Shown here: piece after piece, positions 43,361-52,447 of the stretch
How positions within the stretch are numbered: position 1 is the first letter of the stretch
Layout of the letters: the number at the start of each line of letters is the position of its first letter
Assembly (NCBI GenBank): GCA_963716745.1
Contig: OY970320.1
Coordinates: forward strand, 2,272,001-2,336,000
From: an uncultured Gemmatimonadaceae bacterium
Lineage (GTDB): Bacteria; Gemmatimonadota; Gemmatimonadetes; Gemmatimonadales; Gemmatimonadaceae
Reading direction: 5' to 3'
DNA: 64,000 bases
Position numbers and translations under genes: made by a program
Notes under the pieces: model-generated
The model's input: the letters and a program-made list of their open reading frames with translations, nothing else
Database searches by the model: none
Told to the model about the DNA's origin: nothing

Positions 43361-45363
43361 TCAATTCGGCTTAATCCCCACCGCCTTATCCAGCTCCGCC
43401 GGCGAATAGAGCACGCCGTTCTTCATCACCACCGACACCTTCCGGATGTCCGAAATATTCTCCGCAGGATGTCCATCCACAACGATCATATCCGCGAACT
43501 TTCCCACCGTCACAGAGCCGAGCGATTTATCCATCTTCATCACTCTCGCCGCGCCAAGAGTCGCGATCTGCAGCACTTCCGGAGGCGTGATCCCAGCCTG
43601 CCCATAGAGTTCCAACTCCCGATCATACGCGAAGCCAGGAAATCCATCCGTCCCCGCGACGATCACGAGCCCATTGTCATGCATCATCTTCACCATCTTG
43701 AGCATCGCCGCAAAACTGTCCTTATACCGCTGATCCATCCCCTCCGGCACGGGCAATCCACCGGTCAATAATCCACGCCGCACACCGGCCGGAAGACGAT
43801 CCGCGATCATCGCGTAGCCAGGATCGAGCGTCCCCTTCCGCGCGACGAACATATTCTCGAACACATTCACTGTGGGATCGAGCACGGTGTGATGCGCTTT
43901 CAAGAGCGCGACGAAATCCTGCACGCTGGGCGACCCCAGATCCAACTGCGCCGCCTTCTGCGCCACGGCCGTGAAGCGCGCCGGCGTGCGCGTGTCGGGC
44001 ACGGAATCGATCCAGAAATTCAGGAAGAGGAAATTCGCGTGCTGGATCTCATCATATCCCGCATTCACCGCCTGCGCGGCCGTCATGAACGCCGGGACAT
44101 GTCCGCTCACGCGCAGCCCCAGCTTGTGCGCCTCGGCGGCGATCACCGGGCACCAGCTCGGGCTTCACGGAGCTGTAGATCTTGATCTGCACGTAGCCCA
44201 ATTTCGCGACGCGGTCCACGATCGCGCGCGCGGTGTCGGGATTGTCGGCCAGCAGCTTGGTGGGACCGGCGAACGGGCCGGGTCCGTCGATCAAAGCCGC
44301 GAGGATGAGCCGAGGACCGAGCAGGGAACCGTTGCCGAATCGCTTCTGCCGGACGAGCGATTCGTCGACGTCGTTCCCGAGATCGCGCACCGTGGTGATG
44401 CCCGCCTGCAGGAACATGAGACCGTCATCGTCGCCGGTGTGGACATGCATATCCCACATGCCCGGCATCACCGTCTTGCCCGTCGCCTCGATCACCTGCG
44501 TGCCGGCTGGGATTTTCACTTTCCCATTGGGTCCAACGGCAGTGATCTTGTCGCCGTGCACGACGATGGTCGTGTGCGGCACGATCTTGCCCGTCACCGC
44601 GTCGAACAGATCGGCATCGTGGAACGCCACCGCGCCTTTCGGCTTGTGCGCGAGCGTCGCGGCCATGTGCGCCGTGCGCACGGAATCGCCAACGGACTGG
44701 ATCGCGATCAGCTCCGCCGCGGTCGATTCCCAGCCCTTTCGGATGATGCTCATCCAACTGTTCGGTGCCGCGAACAGCGTGGTGTCGGTATCGTACCAGA
44801 GCGAGACGGGGGTGAAGCCGAAGCCGGTGAACGAATAATGGATCACAGTGCGGGTCTCGCCGTTCGCATGCAGCGTCGCCGAGCCCACACTGTCGATATG
44901 CGCCTCGCCCGCGGGCAGCATCTTCATCGAATGCCCCGGCGCGCGCAGCAACAACTTTGCGAGCAGAGTATTCTCGATCGTCGCGCCATCCATGCTGTTA
45001 TAGAACACGGGCACGGTGATCGGCGCGCTCCCCGCCTCCGCCGAATTCTTCCAGATCGCCGTTCCATTCATCACGGAATAGCTCTCGGCGACCGGAGTTT
45101 TCAGATAATCGTGACCGGTGGTGCTGACGGTGAGTTGCGTGCCATTCGGCGCGAGGGTGATGGTCTCATCATATGACGGTCCTCGGCCGCGGTCGTTGAA
45201 TTCATAATGCGCGTTCCAGCTACCATTTGCGGAGCGCCATTCTTTTTCGTAGCCGGCGGGGTGGCCGGCCATGAGGATGGTGTAGCGACGTGGTATCGGT
45301 CGTTTGCGCCATTGAAACGGCGGAAAGGCCGAAGATCATTGCGGCGGCGAAGGTAGTGCGCAT
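43361..45363 (-). CDS. Secreted amidohydrolase-family protein; frameshifts near 45289 and 44150
   Basis: Signal peptide; PGMWDMHVH, GITTVRDLG, QIKIY, VSGH, EIQH, AGTD, GKFAD. Confidence 0.9.
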
Positions 45364-45401
45364 GGCGTGTGTCCGGAGTGGGGAGTACGAGGGTGCTTAG
45401 A

Positions 45402-45584
45402 ATTGCAGTCAACAGCAAACAGTCACGAGTGACTGCCAGTCTACAGTCAACAGTCTACAGCTCACAGAAAACTGACTGCGAAAGGCCGCAAACAGCAATG
45501 GCCCCATTGCGCCGCTTTCTGTGACCTGTTGACTGTTGACTGTCGACTGGCAGTCACTCGTGACTGTTTTCTGTTTACTGCCGC
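45402..45584. repeat. Long palindromic element, copy 5
   Basis: Same arms; unrelated centre; flanked by GCTTAG/CTAAGC. Confidence 0.95.
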
Positions 45585-45591
45585 CCTAAGC

Positions 45592-48093
45592 TCACTCAGA
45601 GCGAAGTGCAGTCAACGGATCGACCTTCCCAGCCCGTCGTGCCGGTACCAAGCTTGCCACCGCAGCGACACCCAGCAGTACCACCCCCACTCCCACGAAC
45701 ACCACCGGATCATACGGCGAAACCTGGAACAACATCGGCCTCACCCACTTTCCTGCCACCGCCGCGATCCCGCCGCCGATGATCACTCCCACCGAAGCCA
45801 AGATCATCCCTTCGCCGAGCACTAATCTCACGACATCCGAAACCTGAGCCCCGAGCGCGACGCGCACGCCCAATTCATGCGTCCGCTGAGCAACATTGTA
45901 CGCGATCACGGAATACAACCCGATCGCTGCCAAGATCAATGCCAACACTCCGAACACAGTGAACATCGCCGCGCCCAGCCGCCATGATTGCGTCTCGCGT
46001 CCAACGATGTCCGAGAAGGGAGTCACGGTCACGTAACTCGCCCCCGGCATCACGGCCTGCAAGCGCTTGCGCAGTGTCTCCCGATCCGCCGGCCGCGCGC
46101 CATTCGTGCGCACGAGGATCGCGGAATGATTCGCCTGATTCTCCTGCGCGGCGCTCAGGTAGTAGAAATAACCCGGATCGTCCGAGAAATTGCGCGACTT
46201 CGTATTCTCCGCGATCCCCACCACATACGTGCACGGCATAGTGTCGGATCCGACTTTCATGCATTGCCCAAGTGCGTCGGTCTTGGGCCACAGCACCTTC
46301 GCCATCGCCTCGCTCACCACCGCCGACCTCGGCGCACCCGCGACGTCGGTCGCCGTGATCCCTCGGCCTCGCACGATGCGCGTGCCCACCGTATTGAAGA
46401 AATCGGGCGTCACCGCGTTCATATCGAACTCGCCGAGCTTGTCCACCGAATCGATCCCGGCCACGTGGAGGTCCTCGCTCCACATGCTCCAGAAGGGGAG
46501 CGTCGCGCTCAGCGCCACGTGCTCGACGCCCGGCGTGGCCTTCGCCGTCTCGAGCAGGCTGAGCAGCAATTGCTCGGTATGCGCGCTGTCCAACTTCACG
46601 CCGCGCATGATCGGATCGATCACGGTGACCCGCGTGGCGTCGTAGCCGAGGCTCATGGCATTGACGTTGTGCAACGAGCGCACGAACAGGCCCGCGCCCA
46701 CGAGCAGCACGACGCTCAGCGCGCCCTGGAATACGAGGAGTCCAATGCGCAGGCGCGAACAATGCACCGCGCCCTCGCGCGCTCCGGCCTTGAGATCGAG
46801 CGTGAGATCGGCGCTCCGCGTCTGGACGATCGGCGCGAGCCCGGTGAGCAGACCAGCCACGAGCGCCGCGAGGCCGGCGAAGACGAGAACTCGCGGATCG
46901 CCGATCACCGCGGCGCCTTCGGTCTTGGGCAGCATGGTCGTGCGCAGAATGCCGCCGCCCAATTGTGCGATCACGATCCCCACCACGCCGCCGAGCGCGG
47001 CGAGCAGAACGCTCTCGGTGAGCAATTGCGCCGCGAGCCGGCCGCGGCTCACGCCGAGCGCGAGGCGCACGGCCACTTCACGTTTCCGGCGCAGTGCGCG
47101 CGCGAGCAACAAGTTCGCGACATTCGCGCAGGCGATGAGCCATACCACGACCGCGACGCCAGCGATCCAGCCTGCGACCTTCGCCTCGCTCGATTGCTGC
47201 GGCCCACGCTCGGCTAATATCAATGCGACGATCGCGTGTGGCTTCGCCAGTTCGGGCGGTGTCTCGTTCTTGTCGGCCGCGGCCTGCGCGGCGTATTCGC
47301 GCTGAAACGCGCCGCTGATGTCCGCCGTAGCCTGCTCAAGCGAGACGTCCGGCTTCCGCTCGGCGATCATGCGTGCCCACTGCCAATGATACGTCACGTC
47401 CCACGACTCGCCGAGCAGGCGGAGGCCTTCGCCCAGCTCGTGACCGTACGCCGAGATCGGGATGAAGGCGGCGGGGGGCTGCGACGGCGAGAGTCCGACG
47501 AAGCCTGCCGGCGTGACGCCGATGATCGTGTAGCGCGTGGCGCCTATTTGTATCGGCTGCCCGATCGCATCGGCGCGTCCGCCGTACTGCGTTTGCCAGA
47601 GTCCGTAGCTGAGTACTGCGACGGCCGTACCGACCGGCGCGACATCTTCGCTCGCGGTGAAGTAGCGGCCGGCGGCAGGCGGCGCAGTGAAGAAGCCGAA
47701 GAAGGAGGCGCTCACGGCGGATACCTGCATCTCGCGCGAATCGAGACCGTCGCCGATCGCGAGCTTGCGGTCGAACATCGCCGCCGTTCGCGTGAAGGAA
47801 TTGGTCTCTTTCGTGAGATTCTGGATCCGCGCGTAGGGCAGGGAACCGCCCGCGAATTCTTTGCCGCGATAGCTGGTGGCGAGATAGATCCTGTGCGTGC
47901 GCGCGGGGTTGGCGAGCATGGGCGGAGCGCGGAAGAGCAGTTGATCTACTATGGAGAAGATCGCGGCGTTGGCTCCGATGCCGAGTGCGAGCGTGAGGAT
48001 CACGGCGACGGTGAAGCCCGGTTTGTTCTTGAGACCGCGGAGGGCGTAGGTGAGGTCTTGTTTTGTCGCTTGCCAGCGGCTTTCGGTGGACAT
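45592..48093 (-). CDS. ADOP-type ABC permease (intact)
   Basis: [47 protein letters not shown]. Confidence 0.95.
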   Translation of the reverse strand: MSTESRWQATKQDLTYALRGLKNKPGFTVAVILTLALGIGANAAIFSIVDQLLFRAPPMLANPARTHRIYLATSYRGKEFAGGSLPYARIQNLTKETNSFTRTAAMFDRKLAIGDGLDSREMQVSAVSASFFGFFTAPPAAGRYFTASEDVAPVGTAVAVLSYGLWQTQYGGRADAIGQPIQIGATRYTIIGVTPAGFVGLSPSQPPAAFIPISAYGHELGEGLRLLGESWDVTYHWQWARMIAERKPDVSLEQATADISGAFQREYAAQAAADKNETPPELAKPHAIVALILAERGPQQSSEAKVAGWIAGVAVVVWLIACANVANLLLARALRRKREVAVRLALGVSRGRLAAQLLTESVLLAALGGVVGIVIAQLGGGILRTTMLPKTEGAAVIGDPRVLVFAGLAALVAGLLTGLAPIVQTRSADLTLDLKAGAREGAVHCSRLRIGLLVFQGALSVVLLVGAGLFVRSLHNVNAMSLGYDATRVTVIDPIMRGVKLDSAHTEQLLLSLLETAKATPGVEHVALSATLPFWSMWSEDLHVAGIDSVDKLGEFDMNAVTPDFFNTVGTRIVRGRGITATDVAGAPRSAVVSEAMAKVLWPKTDALGQCMKVGSDTMPCTYVVGIAENTKSRNFSDDPGYFYYLSAAQENQANHSAILVRTNGARPADRETLRKRLQAVMPGASYVTVTPFSDIVGRETQSWRLGAAMFTVFGVLALILAAIGLYSVIAYNVAQRTHELGVRVALGAQVSDVVRLVLGEGMILASVGVIIGGGIAAVAGKWVRPMLFQVSPYDPVVFVGVGVVLLGVAAVASLVPARRAGKVDPLTALRSE

Positions 48094-48120
48094 TTTCGGA
48101 GCTCCGCGAGGTGGTCGGGA

Positions 48121-48147
48121 TTTGACACCAAACTATTCCCGACGGTT
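48121..48147 (-). promoter_or_regulatory. ECF-type promoter motif AAC-N17-TGTCAAA
   Basis: 27 nt before the minus-strand permease start. Confidence 0.65.
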
Positions 48148-48189
48148 GGCTGGGTTGCGGACGAAACTACTGTCGCCAGGACGCTTAGA

Positions 48190-48368
48190 ATTGCAGTGAA
48201 CAGTAAACAGTCGCGAGTACCGGCCAGTCAACAGTCTACAGTCAACAGGTCACAGAAATCGGGTCAGCGCGACGGATGATCCAACGCGCATGGAGCAGTT
48301 TTCTGTGACCTGTTGACTGTAGACTGTAGACTGGCAGTCACTCGTGACTGTTTACTGTTAGCTGCCGC
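48190..48368. repeat. Long palindromic element, copy 6
   Basis: Same arms; centre is an inverted homolog of the copy 7 centre. Confidence 0.95.
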
Positions 48369-48404
48369 CTTCCCCCGGGCCGGACTTTCCGGTAGTGTCG
48401 TACC

Positions 48405-48431
48405 AACCCTCCCCCCACCGGGTGTGTCGAA
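48405..48431 (+). promoter_or_regulatory. ECF-type promoter motif AAC-N17-TGTCGAA (implies a near-leaderless mRNA)
   Basis: 5 nt before ATG 48437. Confidence 0.65.
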
Positions 48432-48436
48432 CGATC

Positions 48437-50911
48437 ATGCCCTCCCTCCGCTCCCTCACCCGCACCCCAGCCTTCACCACCGCCGCCGTCCTGACTCTCG
48501 GACTCGGCATGGGCGCTACGACCTCGATCTACACTCTACTCAAACGAGTCGTCCTCGACCCCCTGCCATATCCCCACCCAGAACAATTGGTCCGCCTCAC
48601 GAACCCTATGCCTTCCGTGGGGCATGACGTCGAGTGGAGTCTCAGTACCGCGCAATATTTCTATTTCTCGCAACATGCCAAGACCCTGTCCGCCATCGGA
48701 CTCTTTCGCGAAGGCGGGCTGAATTTCGCCTCGAACGTGCCAGGCGCCGAACCCCAGCACGTTCACGCCGCCGAGGTCACGGCGTCGATGATGGATCTCC
48801 TTGGCGCTAACGCGATCCTTGGCCGCCTGATCAATAGGAATGATGACGTTCCGGGGGCCCCACGGGTCGCAATGCTTTCGCGCGGTTTCTGGCGCCGGCA
48901 ATTCGGTGCGGACCCATCGATCATCGGCACGACGATCAGGCTCGATGACGCGCCGGTGCAAGTCATCGGCATCATGGCGCCCGGCGTCGAAGTCCCGCTC
49001 GAACGCGGGCAGGCGGTGGGTGTCGCGACCAATGTGTGGACCGCGCGCCGGCTCGATCCGGCCGGTCCGTTCTACAATAACCATGTGAATCCTGGCATCG
49101 CGCGCCTCGCCCCCGGCGCGACGGTCGCTTCGGTGAGCGCGGAATTGGATCAGCTCACGAAGCAATTCCCCGCGGCGTTCCCGGTCGCGTATTCCGAGAA
49201 TTTCATCAAGAACTTCCATACGCGCCCGTATCCGCTCAAGGAGTATGTCGTGGGCGGCGCGGCGCGGAATCTCTGGATCCTGTTCGGCGCCGTCGCGCTC
49301 GTGCTGCTGATCGCGTGCGCGAACGTCATCAATCTATTCCTCGTGCGCTTCGAGGCCCGGCGCAGAGAATTCGCCATTCGCGCAGCGTTGGGCGCCGGCT
49401 GGCGCGATATCGCAATCGATTCCTTCCGCGAATCGGCGATCCTCACGCTGGCCGGCGCTGCGGTCGCGCTCGTGCTGGGCTACTCCGCCACGCGCTGGCT
49501 CGTCGCGCTCGCACCATCGAGCCTGCCACGACTGGCCGACCTGCAGCTCGATCCGGGCGTCTTCGCATTCACCATCATTCTAGCCCTTCTGATCGCTGGG
49601 ATCCTCGCACTCGTACCCGTTCTACGCACGAACCGCCCGGACGCCATAGGTGCACTCGGCGATGGCGGCCGGTCCGGCACCGCCAACGTCCAACGTCAGC
49701 GCTTCCGCAGCATTTTGGTCGTCTCGCAGGTCGCATTGGCGCTCGTGCTCGTCGTCGGTGCCGGATTATTGCTCGAATCCTTCCATCGCCTGAGCAAGGT
49801 GAGTCCCGGGATCGATAGCCGAGGAACGATGACTGTGGAACTGTACCCTTCGTCGCAGCGATATGAGACGATGGAGAAGTTGTGGCAATTCTATGCGCAG
49901 GTCATCGCGAAAGTGGACGCAATTCCCGGCGTCGCATCGGCCGGATTGACCGAGGAATTGCCCTTCAGCGGCGATTTCGGATGCACCGTGCAAGGATTCG
50001 AGGATGCCGGTGTCTATGAACAACTGAAACGCTCGCACCAGACCGAGTGCGCCGGGCAGGAGACCACATCACCCGGCTATTTCGCCGCAATGGGCATCCC
50101 GGTCCTGAAGGGCAGGGAATTCGTGGCGGGCGATAACGATTCTCCATTGGGCGGCGCTGTTGTCGTGAGCAAGACATTCGCCGACCGCTTCTGGCCCGGC
50201 GAGGATCCGATCGGCAAAGGCACCGCGCCCAATGGCAACGGCAAAGGCCCGTTCTATCATGTGGTCGGAGTCGTCGGCAATGTCCATATCTCCAGCCTCG
50301 ACGGCGAAATGGCCAACGCGATCTATTATCCCATCGTCGCGATCCCGCATACCGGGCAATGGTTCGATGGTGAAATGGCCCTCGTCATCAGAACAACGCG
50401 CGGCAGCCCCGATTCCTACCTGAATGCGGTCCGGCGTGCCGTCGCCGAAGTCGATCCGGCAGTCCCGATCGCGAACGCGCAGGAAATGGAAACGGTCGTC
50501 GCACGTTCAATGAGCCGCCTCACCTTCACGATGACGCTGCTCGGCGTCGCCGGCGTCACGGCGCTCCTTCTTGCCGCGATCGGATTATACGGACTCATTG
50601 CCTACATAGTAGAACGTCGCACGAACGAGATCGGCGTTCGTTTGGCACTCGGCGCGCAACCGATACAGGTGGAAGGAATGGTCGTGCGCGGCGCGATGAA
50701 GCTCACGATTGCAGGATTGGCCGTCGGAGCCGTTGTCGCGCTCCTGTTCTCGCGATTGCTCGGCTCACTCTTGTACGGAATCGCACCGTGGGATTTTGGA
50801 GCATATCTCGGCGCGATCGGAGTGCTCGGAGTTGTGGCGTTATTGGCGGGGTGGGTGCCGGCGCGGAGAGCTGGTCGGATCGATCCGGCGGTGGCGCTGC
50901 GCTCGGAGTGA
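48437..50911 (+). CDS. ADOP-type ABC permease (intact)
   Basis: LTLGLGMGATTSIY, LLIACANVINL, RRTNEIGVRLALGA, DPAVALRSE. Confidence 0.95.
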   Translation: MPSLRSLTRTPAFTTAAVLTLGLGMGATTSIYTLLKRVVLDPLPYPHPEQLVRLTNPMPSVGHDVEWSLSTAQYFYFSQHAKTLSAIGLFREGGLNFASNVPGAEPQHVHAAEVTASMMDLLGANAILGRLINRNDDVPGAPRVAMLSRGFWRRQFGADPSIIGTTIRLDDAPVQVIGIMAPGVEVPLERGQAVGVATNVWTARRLDPAGPFYNNHVNPGIARLAPGATVASVSAELDQLTKQFPAAFPVAYSENFIKNFHTRPYPLKEYVVGGAARNLWILFGAVALVLLIACANVINLFLVRFEARRREFAIRAALGAGWRDIAIDSFRESAILTLAGAAVALVLGYSATRWLVALAPSSLPRLADLQLDPGVFAFTIILALLIAGILALVPVLRTNRPDAIGALGDGGRSGTANVQRQRFRSILVVSQVALALVLVVGAGLLLESFHRLSKVSPGIDSRGTMTVELYPSSQRYETMEKLWQFYAQVIAKVDAIPGVASAGLTEELPFSGDFGCTVQGFEDAGVYEQLKRSHQTECAGQETTSPGYFAAMGIPVLKGREFVAGDNDSPLGGAVVVSKTFADRFWPGEDPIGKGTAPNGNGKGPFYHVVGVVGNVHISSLDGEMANAIYYPIVAIPHTGQWFDGEMALVIRTTRGSPDSYLNAVRRAVAEVDPAVPIANAQEMETVVARSMSRLTFTMTLLGVAGVTALLLAAIGLYGLIAYIVERRTNEIGVRLALGAQPIQVEGMVVRGAMKLTIAGLAVGAVVALLFSRLLGSLLYGIAPWDFGAYLGAIGVLGVVALLAGWVPARRAGRIDPAVALRSE

Positions 50912-50946
50912 CGGGCAACTGCGTTCCACCCACCAGCGCCGGTAGC

Positions 50947-51126
50947 GTTGCAGTCAACAGTAAACTGTCACGAGTACCTGCCAGTCAACAGTCTACAGTC
51001 AACAGGTCACAGAAAACCGTTCCACGTGCGCCAGGAGCTGCCGTCGCGCTGAGCCGATTTCTGTGAGCTGTTGACTGTTGACTGTTGACTGGCAGGTACT
51101 CGTGACTGTTTACTGTTAGCTGCCGC
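50947..51126. repeat. Long palindromic element, copy 7
   Basis: Same arms; ends CTGCCGC. Confidence 0.95.
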
Positions 51127-51204
51127 CTTCCCAGCCTGGTGGCCGAAGTCTTTTTTCAGTATCGCGGGTAATACTGCACTATCCCTCACCATAGTAGGCG
51201 CCCC

Positions 51205-51654
51205 ATGCATCTCCCAAAGTCCTCCCTCCTACTCACCGCCCTCGTAGTCGCCGCCTGCAATAATTCAACAACCCCAACCTCACCCGCCGCGAGCAGCGCG
51301 GCACCGGGCGACACAACCCACGTCGCGCCGAATACAATAATCCTTTCCGGCCACGTCTTCGCCATGCAAGCGACTCCCGCCGCGATGGGATCGGATACGC
51401 TGCACTATATCCCCATCGCGAACGTCAGTCTGCGCTTGATGCATAATATTCTCGTGAACGGCAATTCCGCGCAGGAGCTTGCGGGCAATGCTATCTCCGC
51501 GGCGGACGGCAGTTATCGATTCCCGAATCTCCCGAGCGGCTACTATGTCCTCTACGCCACGCCGTCGAGCGCGTCGGGATATTCTGGATCGTATTCGTTG
51601 GTGCCGGGCCAGAGTGCTAGTACGGTTGTGGATGTATTCGTCTGGAAGAATTGA
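51205..51654 (+). CDS. Lipoprotein with carboxypeptidase-regulatory/Cna-B-like domain
   Basis: Lipobox VVAAC; SAADGSYRFPNLPSGYY. Confidence 0.75.
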   Translation: MHLPKSSLLLTALVVAACNNSTTPTSPAASSAAPGDTTHVAPNTIILSGHVFAMQATPAAMGSDTLHYIPIANVSLRLMHNILVNGNSAQELAGNAISAADGSYRFPNLPSGYYVLYATPSSASGYSGSYSLVPGQSASTVVDVFVWKN

Positions 51655-51693
51655 CGAGAAGCCAACTGCGGCCTGACCACTTGCCGTCACTAG

Positions 51694-51854
51694 CTTGCAG
51701 AAAACAGTAAACAGTCACGAGAACTGCACCGCAGTCTACAGTCAACAGTCAACAGCTCTCAGAAAACGGCGCTACGTTGAACCACTTTCTGTGACCTGTT
51801 GACTGTAGACTGTAGACTGGCAGTCACTCGTGACTGTTTACTGTTCCCTGCCGC
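51694..51854. repeat. Long palindromic element, copy 8 (short centre)
   Basis: Same arms; centre CGGCGCTACGTTGAACCAC. Confidence 0.93.
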
Positions 51855-51961
51855 TTTCCACCGGGTTCGGAGCCGAACGCAGTTGCCCTCCCGCCTTGCG
51901 CCGAGAAGGGATATATCGCCTCTTTCCTGAGCCCTTCTCCCTCAGGATCGCGACAAGAACC

Positions 51962-52447
51962 TTGCCCGATAAACCACCTCCCCGCCGCTCAACCACTCGC
52001 CGCTCCACCACCAGCCGCGCGAGCACGGCCGCGCGCCTCAGCTCCCAACGTCTCCCGGCGATCGAACCGGAGGCGGTGGAAGCGAAAGTGACTTGGCGTC
52101 AAATGCTGCGCCCGGTGGCGATCGTGGTCGTTGGCGTCCTGCTCTGGTGGCTCGGACTCGGCGGCGTGTACGGCAGCACGATGTTCATCGTGCGCTGGAT
52201 CGGGATCTTGCTGGCGATCGCGGGCATCGTGATGTGGGCGCGCATCGCGCCGCCGAGTCATCTGATGACGTGGGGCGCGCTGTTTCAGCTGCCGTTCGTG
52301 GTGAACGCCGGTCCGTTGCTCAATACCAGTACGACGCTCTTGGGATTCACCATCCCGATCGTCCCCATGATCGGCATCGCGCTGCTCATCGCCGGCTTTA
52401 CGCGCTGGGCACGCGGCGAGGATAGTTGGTTAACGCGGAGATATTAG
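51962..52447 (+). CDS. Hypothetical membrane protein; start uncertain (TTG)
   Basis: Four hydrophobic segments with GC3-rich codons. Confidence 0.6.
   Translation: MPDKPPPRRSTTRRSTTSRASTAARLSSQRLPAIEPEAVEAKVTWRQMLRPVAIVVVGVLLWWLGLGGVYGSTMFIVRWIGILLAIAGIVMWARIAPPSHLMTWGALFQLPFVVNAGPLLNTSTTLLGFTIPIVPMIGIALLIAGFTRWARGEDSWLTRRY

Noticed and set aside
43124..45482. 12-nt match ACTGACTGCGAA between the copy 5 centre and the flank of copy 4 (guide/target idea)
   Set aside because: A single 12-mer match is within chance given the number of centre 12-mers compared.
51157..51176. CAGTAT-N8-ATACTG palindrome as an SOS/LexA box
   Set aside because: Does not match LexA consensus sequences I can justify; single occurrence.
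39723..51210. Small ORFs crossing the palindromes (e.g. 39723-39944, 41865-42080, 43142-43336, 51007-51210)
   Set aside because: They are translations of the repeat (SRQSTVN-type peptides) with inconsistent frames and starts between copies.
33809..51854. Palindrome array as CRISPR
   Set aside because: Repeats are inverted ~70-nt arms separated by kilobases of genes; centres are related to each other rather than unique spacers; no cas genes.
33809..51854. Canonical integron attC sites
   Set aside because: Ends read GTT..AAC rather than RYYYAAC..GTTRRRY; modules are in mixed orientation with their own promoters; no IntI in the window.
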